Assembly: GCA_945861155.1 (NCBI GenBank)
Contig: CAMATN010000004.1
Location: 3,237 to 67,236, forward strand
Source: Rhizobium sp. Q54
Lineage (GTDB): Bacteria > Pseudomonadota > Alphaproteobacteria > ATCC43930 > CGMCC-115725
Reading direction: 5' to 3'
DNA length: 64,000 bases
The notes under the pieces are model-generated. The model did no database searches. It saw nothing but the letters and a program-made list of their open reading frames with translations, and had not been told where the DNA came from. The stretch's first letter is position 1; each line of letters opens with the position of its first letter. Shown here in pieces: positions 9,385 to 18,641 of this stretch. Made by a program: the position numbers and the translations under genes.

Positions 9385-9397
9385 TAGGCCACAACGG

Positions 9398-10408
9398 ATG
9401 ACGCAACACTTCCTCATATCCCCCGCAGCGCGGACGCTCTCAGTCCGTCAAGTCGCCAGAATGACCGATGAGGAAGCCTTCGATATCTTCCGCACTATCC
9501 GCTTTGCCGCCAATGGTGGCGAGCCGTTCTGCCCTCACTGCGGTTGCCCAAAGATCTACCAGCTAAACGAGACGCCAATCCGCTGGAAATGCGCCGATTA
9601 CCGCGATTGCGGAAAGAAATTCTCGGTCACGTCGGGCACCCTCTTTCACTCCCGTAAGCTGCCGATCCGCGACTACCTCGCCGTCATCGCCCTATTCGTG
9701 AACGGCGTCAAAGGTGTCGCCGCGCTCCACCTGTCGAGGGACATGAACATCCATTTCAAGTCGGCTTTCGTGCTGCTCCACAAGCTGCGCGAGGCGATGG
9801 GTGCTGAGGTTCATGGGGTTGACCAGCTTGGCGGTCCCGATGAGCCGGTCGAGATCGACGGCACCTATATCGGTGGCGATGTCCGCGCCCCCAACCAGGA
9901 AGCCGATAAGCAACAGGACTGGTGGAAGGCCAGGAAGGGCAAGACGGAGAAAAACACCGTCTCCATCGTGGTCGCCCGGGAACGGACGGGCAGGGCTATT
10001 CCTTGGGCCGTGCCGAGCGAGCGTGATGCGGTCGAGATTATCCGTGCTCACGTCGCGCCGGGCACGACCATTCACGCCGACCAGGGCCAGCATTGGAACA
10101 GCCTGCGCCGCACGCATCCGATGATGCGGGTCAATCACCAGATCGAAAAGCGGGCCGATAATGGCGCGAACATCAATCAGGCCGAGAGTTATTACGCCCG
10201 CTTGAAACGCGCCGAGTTCGGCATTTACCACCGCATCGCCGGGCATAAGAACTCCAAGACCCAAGCCTACGCCGACGAAATGGCGTGGCGGGAAAATCGC
10301 CGCCGTCAGGCCAATGGCACTCATTGGACGGCGATTACGACGCTCGCCCTGACGCTCCCCAAGAGCATCAGGTGGGCGGGTTATTGGCATCCCCGCGTAG
10401 CGGTGTAA
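9398..10408 (+). CDS. IS1595-family transposase
   Basis: CPHCG zinc ribbon, FSVTSGTLFH, VEIDGTYIGG, IHADQ, NINQAESYYARLKR, YADEMAWRE. Confidence 0.95.
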   Translation: MTQHFLISPAARTLSVRQVARMTDEEAFDIFRTIRFAANGGEPFCPHCGCPKIYQLNETPIRWKCADYRDCGKKFSVTSGTLFHSRKLPIRDYLAVIALFVNGVKGVAALHLSRDMNIHFKSAFVLLHKLREAMGAEVHGVDQLGGPDEPVEIDGTYIGGDVRAPNQEADKQQDWWKARKGKTEKNTVSIVVARERTGRAIPWAVPSERDAVEIIRAHVAPGTTIHADQGQHWNSLRRTHPMMRVNHQIEKRADNGANINQAESYYARLKRAEFGIYHRIAGHKNSKTQAYADEMAWRENRRRQANGTHWTAITTLALTLPKSIRWAGYWHPRVAV

Positions 10409-10452
10409 TGCCTTCGGCAGCATCCCCGAAACCAGAACAGGAGGACAGCAGT

Positions 10453-10926
10453 ATGAGCGATGATGGCAGCAACCACCAGTCCAACAAGATCACGTCGAAC
10501 GAGTTGATTCGGCGTCGAAAAGATTTGATCTTCGAGATTGCCGAGGATGAGAAGTCGCTTCAACGCAAACGAGACATTCTTTTTCATATTACTGACACGA
10601 TTAAAGCGATTGATCCGAGGGTTAGATTGGAAGCAATACCCGCACGGCATCGGCGCGGAACGAAATCACCATACTTTGCGCATGGTGAGATTAGTGGATT
10701 TATTTATGATGCCGGTCGAGAGGGTGCGGATCACACATTTACCAGCAATGAGGTTGCGACATTGGCGATGCGTGCTAAAAGTCTTGACCCCGAAACGAAG
10801 CTCGCCGAGTTCAAGGATTTCGAGAACCGGATACGCCTGCAACTCAACGCGATGCGGCGCGATCAGACTGTTGAGAAGCTGGATGGTCGTGGTCGCGAGG
10901 CGCGCTGGCGTCTGTTGAAAACCTGA
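10453..10926 (+). CDS. Hypothetical coiled-coil plus winged-helix-like protein
   Basis: GGAGGA RBS; N-terminal heptad helix, C-terminal ARWRL wing-like end. Confidence 0.65.
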   Translation: MSDDGSNHQSNKITSNELIRRRKDLIFEIAEDEKSLQRKRDILFHITDTIKAIDPRVRLEAIPARHRRGTKSPYFAHGEISGFIYDAGREGADHTFTSNEVATLAMRAKSLDPETKLAEFKDFENRIRLQLNAMRRDQTVEKLDGRGREARWRLLKT

Positions 10927-10950
10927 TCGTCGCTATCAGTCCACACCGAG

Positions 10951-10986
10951 AAAAACAAGCGAAGCAGATTGCCTCGCTTGTTTTTT
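10951..10986 (+). terminator. Rho-independent terminator, possibly bidirectional
   Basis: AAAAACAAGCGA...TCGCTTGTTTTTT hairpin between convergent gene sets. Confidence 0.75.
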
Positions 10987-11171
10987 GATCTATATGGTTA
11001 ATATCCCTATCCGGTTAAGAACAGGTAAATAGGACAGAACATATAATTTGAGAGCGACGGTGATGCTGATAAGAAACAAGGAAATGTCAGGTGTTATTTA
11101 CGATTTACCCGAACTATGTGGTTCGAGAGACATTAAAATGCTCTCGATAGTTAGATTGATCGGAGAGGGGG

Positions 11172-11399
11172 CTATGGTATTTCCGCGAGGTCTTTCCCAA
11201 ACTGAGTTAGTTGAGCCGCCGCAACCTGTTCATCGTTTTTGAGGTCTCCCGTCCAGGGAACACTAACTTCTATTGTCGGAGCAATCGTCGAACCGGACGT
11301 GATCTTGTAGATGAATGTCGCTACCGGAATTGTTTGTCCGGTCGTCGTATCGGTCCCTGCCCCGAATTCGATGCGTAATATCTCTCTGACCATCGTCAT
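11172..11399 (-). CDS. Small hypothetical protein
   Basis: 75-aa ORF with GGAGGG RBS. Confidence 0.55.
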   Translation of the reverse strand: MTMVREILRIEFGAGTDTTTGQTIPVATFIYKITSGSTIAPTIEVSVPWTGDLKNDEQVAAAQLTQFGKDLAEIP

Positions 11400-11489
11400 C
11401 CCGCACCCTCCGGTCGCAAGCCGCCGACAAGCTCGGCATAGGTGATCGTGCGCCGCGATACCGCCCGACGCAAGACGAAGGTATCCAAC

Positions 11490-11774
11490 TCAAGAATTGT
11501 GGCGTTCTGCTAGATAAACATTCCTTTGATAAATTACCGCAGACGGTGATACATCTAATGCCCGCGCTATATCTGAGGGAATATGTCCTGCATCTAGCCA
11601 TTCTCGTAGTTTAGCGACACCAAACTCCGTTAGCCGCATTCCGTCTTTGACAGCTTTGACAGGTTGGTCGGCCTCCGCATTGGTGGCGTTTTCAGCCATC
11701 GCACGCAGGGATATCAGCTTCTCTCTGAGCCGTTCTAAATCATCGAGAGCAGCGGTGATGAGAGCGAGTGTCAT
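11490..11774 (-). CDS. Small protein with C-terminal HTH
   Basis: AAGGAG RBS; PSDIARALDVSPSAVIY helix-turn-helix. Confidence 0.7.
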   Translation of the reverse strand: MTLALITAALDDLERLREKLISLRAMAENATNAEADQPVKAVKDGMRLTEFGVAKLREWLDAGHIPSDIARALDVSPSAVIYQRNVYLAERHNS

Positions 11775-11799
11775 GGGACCATCTCCTTTTTATGATCCC

Positions 11800-11829
11800 A
11801 TTTTAATATCAATGTTAAATATATGTCAA
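11800..11829 (-). promoter_or_regulatory. Sigma70-like promoter for 11490..11774
   Basis: TTGACA-18-TAAAAT on the minus strand. Confidence 0.6.
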
Positions 11830-11963
11830 CACATATCTCGTCCCCACTCAAACGCCCACAAAATCCCGAACCTGTGCTAACCGGATAGGGATAATGGTTA
11901 AATATGTATAGCCTGTGATGGCGAAATATTTAGTCCCATTTGCGCCATAATACCGAATGAGGC

Positions 11964-13353
11964 CGGTGTAATAGAAGACGAAGAAATGCGTGCCGATCGG
12001 CGGCCGGCTTTGCATCAATACGGCGAAGGTCGCCGACAACAGCGCGATGTGCAGGACGGGCTCGATCAGCGCCCAGCCATAGCCCAGCCGCGATTCGGCG
12101 TACCGGGTCCGGGTCTCGCGGATGATCAGGGCGCGGATCACCCGGCGCTGACTGCGCAGACGGTCGAGCACGCCGGGAGCGGGGCGCCGCTTCCGCGGTG
12201 GTCTGCCCGCGCCGTCGGCGAGCACGACGTACTCGCCGTCGATCGTGTCGAGACGGTGATTGAGCAGGTGCAGCACGGCCTCGGCCGACGGCCGGTCGTC
12301 CGGAAAATTGTGCAGCAACTCGCCGCCGGCAACCGTCGCCTGCCTTGTCAGGCCGGCGGCGAGGTAGAGGCTCAATTGCGCGCGCTTGATGTCGCTGCCC
12401 GTCGGATCGAGCGCGCCGGCGCGCTCGAATGCCAGCGCGGCACCGGACAAATCGCCAAGCCGCCACAGCAAATGCCCGCGATGCAGGTGGTATTCGGCGA
12501 CATCGGGTGCGCCGGCGAGGGCGCGGTCGATCGCGGCGAGCGCCGCCTCCCAGTTTCCCCGCAGCATCTGCGCCGTAGACAATACCCGCAGCAGCCGCGG
12601 GTCGGCGGCAGTTGCTGCAGCCGACGATGCGGCGCGCCCGAGAAGCTCGGCGGCCTCGTCCGCCCGGTCGCAGCGCATCAGCAATTCCGCGGCATCGACG
12701 AGGATGCGGTTGTCGCCGGGCGCCAGATCGACCGCGCGCAAAATCAGCGCGGCGGCCTCTTCGCCCTGGCCAAGCGCATGGCGCGCCGCGGCCAGGTCGC
12801 ACAGCGCGCGCACATTGTCGGGTTCCGCCGCGACCGAACGAGCGAGATAGCGCAGGGCCGCGTCATCGTGTCCCGCCGCGAGCAGCAGGACCCCGGCATG
12901 ATGGGCGAATTCGGGATTCGCGGGCGCCCGCTCGCTCGCCGCAGCCGCATGCGCGATCGCCTCGTCGATCCGTCCGATCGCCGCGAGCGAGGCGCTGGCG
13001 TGCCGATGGCCCTCGATCCAGTCCGGACACAGCTCGATCAGCCGGACATAGACCGAAGCCGCAACGTCATGACACGCGCAGTTGCTGAACACCCACCCGC
13101 AGATCGCCAGCATCGCCAAATCGTCGCCCGCCGCCGGCAAGGCGCGCGACACGCATTCGAGCGCCGTCTCGCGCCGTCCGTCGTGCAACAGCGCTTCGGC
13201 CAGCCGGCAATTCAGTCCCGCGTCGAGATCGGCGACGGCGTTGGCTCGTCTGACATAATGGAGACACGCATCGAGGTCCCGCCGGTGGAGCGCCGACAAG
13301 AACGAATCAGCATCAACTACTCGTTGAAGGAGAAGATTATCTGTTTGTCTCAA
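11964..13353 (-). pseudogene. kpsM: 5' part of a TPR-domain/KpsM permease fusion gene, interrupted by the transposon
   Basis: About 370 aa of TPR-like repeats, then RVIRALIIRETRTRY..RLGYGWALIEP...FYYTGLI (KpsM N-terminus); TTG start uncertain. Confidence 0.88.
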
Positions 13354-13602
13354 TTATTACGCGTAGTTGAGGGTCAGGGGGAACTCTATAGGCGAACGAT
13401 AACGCGCACCTGGATCAGCGTCCAACGAGCATTATGGCATTCGACCCTTTTGAATTGCTGGCGCTGGATCGCGCAAGACCACCGGCGCCTCGTCGCGCAG
13501 CCGCACCCTTTGCCGCATATCACATTCGGCGACCACCCGATTGCCGGCGCGGCTTAAAAGCGTCACCCTTGCGCCGTTAGAGCGCAGGGAGGAGCGGCGA
13601 CA

Positions 13603-15078
13603 ATGAATGATGAGCCTCGGGCACCCACCACTCTTATCGAACCCTATTTCGACCGGACGCCGCAGCCCTTCGGCGATGGATTGCCGGACCCGGTAGTGTA
13701 CGACGCCTCGCCGCTCGCGCTGCGCCAGCGCACCGTAAATTTTGCCGCCAAGCGTTTCGCCGATATGCGTTACGTCAGCGCTCTCGACCGCGCGACAGCC
13801 GAGCGGCATCTGCGTTGGCGTCCGGCGGTCGCACCCGGCGGGCTCGGCTTCCGGGCGGCGCCGGACGGCCAGGCGCAGCTGGTCGCCGCCCATCGCGACG
13901 GCAGCATCGTCATCGACATGGACGATGCCGACCGCCGAGTCGCGGTTCGCTGGAACGATTCGGGCTTCGGCGAGCCGGTGATCGGCGCGGCGATGGCTCG
14001 CCCGGGATATGGCGGCATCGTGCTCGGGACGCATGCGGGGCTCAGCTTCGACCCGAAGCCGATCGCGCGCCGGCAACCTGATAGCGGTCGCGCCTGGCCG
14101 TTGGGCGGAGCGGTCGAAACGCCGTCGGCTGCGCCTGTTGAACTCACCCGCGCGCTTGATGCGTTTTTCGCCGGCTCGACCGGCGCCTACGGCGTCCTGA
14201 TCGCCACCCCGGAGCGGGTGTTGTGCGAGCGCTACAGCGAATTCGGCGCGCCCGACCGCGCAACCCCGAGCTGGTCGATGACCAAGGCGATTACCTGCAC
14301 CGTGATCGGCCGGCTGATCCGGGAGGGCTGGCTTGCCTCGGTCCATGATCCGGCGCCGGCGCCGCTGTGGCGCGACCCGCGCGGGGTCCACCATCTGATC
14401 ACGTTAGACCATTTGCTGCGCATGCGCTCGTGGCTCGGCTTTCCGGTGGTGCACGGCGACGGCAGCGCGACGATCGGTTTCGAGAACAGCGCGGTGTATC
14501 AGGATGCCGGCGACGCCTTCGCGATGGCGCAGCGTTCGGTCGTCGCGACTGTGCCCGGGTCAGTCTTTCGCTACATCAATAGCGGCCTCAACGTGCTCGG
14601 CGCGATCGTCCGCGACCAAATCGAGCGGCGCGGGATGCCGTATCACGAGACGCTGTACGGCCTGCTGGTCGACCGGCTCGGCATGGCGAGCTACCAGCAT
14701 TCGGCCGACATCGCCGGCAATCTGATCGCTTCCGGCGCCGGTTTCGCGACGTTGCGCGACTATGCCAAGCTCGGCGTCCTGTACCTGCAAGGCGGGATGT
14801 GGGACGGCGAGCAGCTGTTGCCGCCAGGCTGGGCCGATTACGCGCTAAGCGCGACCCATACCGGCACCAGTTATGCCGCGTGCTTCCGCTCCAATATCGA
14901 CCGGCTGTTCCCCGACCTGCCCGCGGACACGGCATGGGCGTCGGGCGCCTCCGACCAGCGCATCTTCATTCTGCGCCGTCACCGCCTGACCGTCGCGGTC
15001 AGCAACGAGACCGATCACCCGATGGACCTCGCGGCGCTGAACCGCGTCATCGCGACCGCGGTCGCTACATTGACATAG
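13603..15078 (+). CDS. Serine hydrolase (beta-lactamase class C-like family)
   Basis: SWSMTK (SxxK), FRYIN (YxN), LLRMRS. Confidence 0.85.
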   Translation: MNDEPRAPTTLIEPYFDRTPQPFGDGLPDPVVYDASPLALRQRTVNFAAKRFADMRYVSALDRATAERHLRWRPAVAPGGLGFRAAPDGQAQLVAAHRDGSIVIDMDDADRRVAVRWNDSGFGEPVIGAAMARPGYGGIVLGTHAGLSFDPKPIARRQPDSGRAWPLGGAVETPSAAPVELTRALDAFFAGSTGAYGVLIATPERVLCERYSEFGAPDRATPSWSMTKAITCTVIGRLIREGWLASVHDPAPAPLWRDPRGVHHLITLDHLLRMRSWLGFPVVHGDGSATIGFENSAVYQDAGDAFAMAQRSVVATVPGSVFRYINSGLNVLGAIVRDQIERRGMPYHETLYGLLVDRLGMASYQHSADIAGNLIASGAGFATLRDYAKLGVLYLQGGMWDGEQLLPPGWADYALSATHTGTSYAACFRSNIDRLFPDLPADTAWASGASDQRIFILRRHRLTVAVSNETDHPMDLAALNRVIATAVATLT

Positions 15079-15114
15079 GAACCGCACGGGCGCCGAGCGC
15101 GGAGGCCTGACGGT

Positions 15115-17295
15115 TTATCCCAAGGCGCCCGATCGATGGAGCGCGGCGATTTCGTCGGGGGAGAGGTTGAGCACGTCGCGCAGCACCGCATCGGTGTCGG
15201 CGCCCAGCCCGGGGGCCGGCCCGGAAACCCGGCCGAAGCTGGCGCGCCACGGCAGGCCGGGCAGAACGTCGGCGCCGTTCGGGTCCCAAAAGCCGCGCTC
15301 GCGCAAATGGTCGCTGCCGACCAGATCGCGAGAAGCGGCAAGCGCCGCCGCCGGGATGCCGGCCCGCCGCAATTCCTCGGCGCAAGCGGCGGCGGCAAGC
15401 GGCCGTGCCCAGGCCGCGAGGGCGTCGTCGATCGCGTGTCGCCGCTCCAGCCGCTCGCCAAGGCCGAGCCCGGCCAGCGGCGACAACCCCTGCACGATGG
15501 CGCACAGGCCACGCCATTGCTCGTCGTTCGCCACCGCGAGGCTGATCCATTCGTCGTCGCCCTTGCAGCGGTAGGCGCCATGCGGGGCGCACCCGCCGGC
15601 ATCGTTACCGGCCGGTTGCGGCGGGGCGCCGAGCTGCGCCGCGAGCAGCGGTTCGGCCATCGTCCACAGCATCGCCTCGAGCATCGAGAAGTCGATCCGC
15701 GCCACGCCGCCGGTGCGTCGCCGGTGCCACAGCGCGGCGGCGGCGACGAAGGCGAGCATCAGGCCGCACATCGGGTCCAGCCACGCCAGACCGACCCGCG
15801 GCGGCACGTCCGGGTGGCGGTTGAGCCCGGCGAACCCGGCATAACATTGCAACAGCGTACCGTAGGCGACCGCGCGCGATTCCGGGCCGGTGCGGCCGAG
15901 ACCGGAGGCCGAGACATAAACCAGATCGGGATTGACCGATTGCAAGGCATCCGCGCCGAGGTCCAGCCGGTCCATGACCCCGGTCGCGAAATTCTCGACC
16001 AGCACATCCGATCGGGCGGCCAGCGCGCGGGCGATGGCGATGGCGTCCGGCTTTTTGAGGTCGAGCACGATGCCGCGCTTCGCCTGGCCGAGAACGGTGT
16101 GCAGTTCGGAGGTGCGGCCGGGGTCGCCGCGGCCCGGCGCCTCGACCTTTACGATCTCGGCTCCCATCGCGGCGAGATAGCGCGTCGCGGTCGGGCCGGC
16201 GATGACCCAGCTGAAATCGAGTACGCGAATGCCGGCTAGCGGCATCGGTCCGGCCTCGGGGTTGCGCACGGCCGCACCGCGCTCGGGCGCCGCGATGCGC
16301 AGTCCGAACGGCGGTCCGGGCGCCTTTACTGTCCGCCCGGCAATGTCGAGCTTCCGGTAGAAGCCGCGATGCGCGAGCTGCGCGGAGTCGAGCTGTTCGA
16401 TCGGCTCGCGCAGCGGGAAGCTCGGCACATGCGCGGCCTGGGCCATATCGGCGATCGCCTGCTTGTCGTGCGCGCGGCTCCACTCGGACAGCAGCGCGTA
16501 TAGCGCGTCCCAATTGGCGACCCGGTCGGGCTTGGTCGCGAAGCGCGGGTCCGTCCCCAAATCGGGCGACCCCATCACCTCAAGCCAGGCCGCCCATTGA
16601 TGGTCGTCGCGCGGCGAGATCGCGGCGTAGCCATCGCGTGCCGGCAGGATGCAGACGGTGGCTCCGTTGCCGTCGGTCAACCGCCGGCGAGACCAGCTTT
16701 TTCCGGTGGTTCCGGCGCGCGCCAGTTCGGTGATCGCGATCGTCGCCAGCGCTTCCTCGATCGACACGTCGATCATAACGCCCGGCTCGGCGGCCATGAC
16801 CGCGTGCATGCCGGCGCAGGCGGCGGCAATTCCGCCGATAAAGGCCGATTGTTCGCCGACCGGGCGGATCGGCGGCTCGGCCAGGTCGCTGACTTGGCCG
16901 GTCAGCATCCGCGCGATTCCGCTGGCGAAGAACAGCGTCAGATCGGTCGCCGGATCGTCGGCTTTCGGCCCGGTCTGTCCGAACGGCGAAATCGCGACCA
17001 GCGTCGCGCGCGGGTTGATCCGGCGCAGCGTGTCGGGATCCTGCCCCCAAGCGCGCAGGTCCCGAGGGCCGCCTTCGCAGACGATCAGATCGGCCGCCGC
17101 TATTGCATCGCGCGCCGCCGCCGGCTCGGCCGCGACGATCGTCTTGCCATGGTTGAGATGATACGCGAGGGGTCCCGACGCATTCGGTTCGATGCAGCTG
17201 ACCGAGGCGCCGACATCGGCGAATAGGCGACCGCACACCGCGGCCGCCAAACCGCCGCCGATTTGCACGATGTTGAACCCAACCAACACTGACAT
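15115..17295 (-). CDS. Tandem two-domain CaiB/BaiF class III CoA-transferase
   Basis: Two CaiB repeats; PLAGIRVLDFSWVIAGP in the second. Confidence 0.9.
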   Translation of the reverse strand: MSVLVGFNIVQIGGGLAAAVCGRLFADVGASVSCIEPNASGPLAYHLNHGKTIVAAEPAAARDAIAAADLIVCEGGPRDLRAWGQDPDTLRRINPRATLVAISPFGQTGPKADDPATDLTLFFASGIARMLTGQVSDLAEPPIRPVGEQSAFIGGIAAACAGMHAVMAAEPGVMIDVSIEEALATIAITELARAGTTGKSWSRRRLTDGNGATVCILPARDGYAAISPRDDHQWAAWLEVMGSPDLGTDPRFATKPDRVANWDALYALLSEWSRAHDKQAIADMAQAAHVPSFPLREPIEQLDSAQLAHRGFYRKLDIAGRTVKAPGPPFGLRIAAPERGAAVRNPEAGPMPLAGIRVLDFSWVIAGPTATRYLAAMGAEIVKVEAPGRGDPGRTSELHTVLGQAKRGIVLDLKKPDAIAIARALAARSDVLVENFATGVMDRLDLGADALQSVNPDLVYVSASGLGRTGPESRAVAYGTLLQCYAGFAGLNRHPDVPPRVGLAWLDPMCGLMLAFVAAAALWHRRRTGGVARIDFSMLEAMLWTMAEPLLAAQLGAPPQPAGNDAGGCAPHGAYRCKGDDEWISLAVANDEQWRGLCAIVQGLSPLAGLGLGERLERRHAIDDALAAWARPLAAAACAEELRRAGIPAAALAASRDLVGSDHLRERGFWDPNGADVLPGLPWRASFGRVSGPAPGLGADTDAVLRDVLNLSPDEIAALHRSGALG

Positions 17296-17417
17296 GTCGA
17301 AACATCCGAACCGACATCGATCGCCGGTTTTCGCCGAAGGCGCCGCAAACCGCAATGCCTTGCCGCCGCGGCGGATCTGGGCTGGGGTGAGGACGCACGC
17401 TTCCCATATAGGACTGC

Positions 17418-18329
17418 ATGACTTCGGTCCCGACCTATGCCACCCGGGCGAGCTTTCTTGGGATCGAGCGCGGCGATGCCGGGGCGGCGATCTGCGTCGC
17501 CGGCATTCCCTATGATTTCGGCACGTCGAACCGGCCGGGAGCCCGTTTCGGGCCCGCGGCGATCCGAGCGGCGAGCCGCATGCTGGTCGATGGCGATCAC
17601 CCGATCGCCGGGGTAGCGCCGGCCGATTCCGACATCGCCGATATCGGCGATTTCCGCCTCGTGCATGGCGACATCCTGGGCTCGCTCGCCGCGATCGAGG
17701 CGCAGGCGAAGCCGCTCAACCACCTCGTCGCGCTCGGCGGCGACCACACGATCACGCTGGGCTTGCTGCGCGCCCTGGCCGCCCGCGGCGGACTGAGCGC
17801 CCCGCCGTTGGCGCTCGTTCATTTCGACGCGCATGTCGATACCTGGCCGGACAGTTTCGGCCAGCGTTTCGGGCACGGATCGCCGTTCTACCACGCGATC
17901 GAGGAAGGGCTGATCGACCCGCACCGCACGGTGCAGATCGGCATCCGATCGCCGATGGAAAAATCGGTGCGGGACTGGACGGTGGCCAAGGGCGTCACGA
18001 TCCTGTTCGCCGAGGCGGTGCATGAAGAGGGGCCGCGGGCGACCGCGGAGCGCATCCGCGAGGTGGTCGGCGACAGACCGGCCTATCTGAGCTTTGACAT
18101 CGACGCGCTCGACCCGGCTTTCGCGCCGGGCACCGGCACCCCCGAGATCGGCGGCCTTTTTACGTGGCAGGCGCAGGCGATCCTACGCCGCCTCGCCGGC
18201 CTCAAGTTCCAGGGCATGGACGTCGTCGAGGTATCGCCGCCTTACGATGTCTCCGAGATCACCGCGCTCGCCGCCGCAACCTTTGCCTGGGAATACCTCG
18301 CGCTGCTCGCGCCCCGCGCAAGTCTTTGA
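17418..18329 (+). CDS. speB: Agmatinase
   Basis: GGDH, DAHVD, SFDIDALDPAFAPGTGTP ureohydrolase motifs. Confidence 0.88.
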   Translation: MTSVPTYATRASFLGIERGDAGAAICVAGIPYDFGTSNRPGARFGPAAIRAASRMLVDGDHPIAGVAPADSDIADIGDFRLVHGDILGSLAAIEAQAKPLNHLVALGGDHTITLGLLRALAARGGLSAPPLALVHFDAHVDTWPDSFGQRFGHGSPFYHAIEEGLIDPHRTVQIGIRSPMEKSVRDWTVAKGVTILFAEAVHEEGPRATAERIREVVGDRPAYLSFDIDALDPAFAPGTGTPEIGGLFTWQAQAILRRLAGLKFQGMDVVEVSPPYDVSEITALAAATFAWEYLALLAPRASL

Positions 18330-18379
18330 CTCACCGAAAAAATTCCTTGAATAGCCGGCACAACGGCCCATCTATCGCC

Positions 18380-18641
18380 ACCTGACGCAATCGCACGTGC
18401 CTAGAACCCCGCCACGGGGTGCTGCTACGACGTAACGCGTCTCTTTCGGCAGAGCCGGTCTCTTGTGGGCTGGCATCCTTAAGGGAACGGATATGGCTCG
18501 GCACGCGATGCGAAAACCTCGCACGATTGTTTGACCTCCCGGAGCGCATCGCTCCGAGGCGTCATTCACCCTGACTTGTCGCCGGCGCCGTGCCGTTATC
18601 GCGGAGCCGGGGTCGCCTCCTTTGCTTGGGAGGGTCGTGCC
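18380..18641 (+). promoter_or_regulatory. Long 5' leader of ornithine decarboxylase (candidate speF-type leader) with uORF 18493..18534
   Basis: About 310-nt intergenic region with hairpins; AAGGGA RBS before MARHAMRKPRTIV. Confidence 0.4.

Larger units (their letters stand above)
5061..11955 (+). mobile_element. IS1595-family passenger-carrying transposon, probably ISNha5 subgroup, 6,895 bp
   Basis: Perfect 23-bp IRs CGGTATTATGGCGCAAATGGGAC (5061-5083, 11933-11955), 8-bp TSD, internal IS1595 transposase, visibly lower GC than the flanks. Confidence 0.95.

Noticed and set aside
11848..11955. C-terminal tail RYYGANGTKY... of the 501-aa TPR ORF
   Set aside because: Read-through into the transposon right end, not native protein
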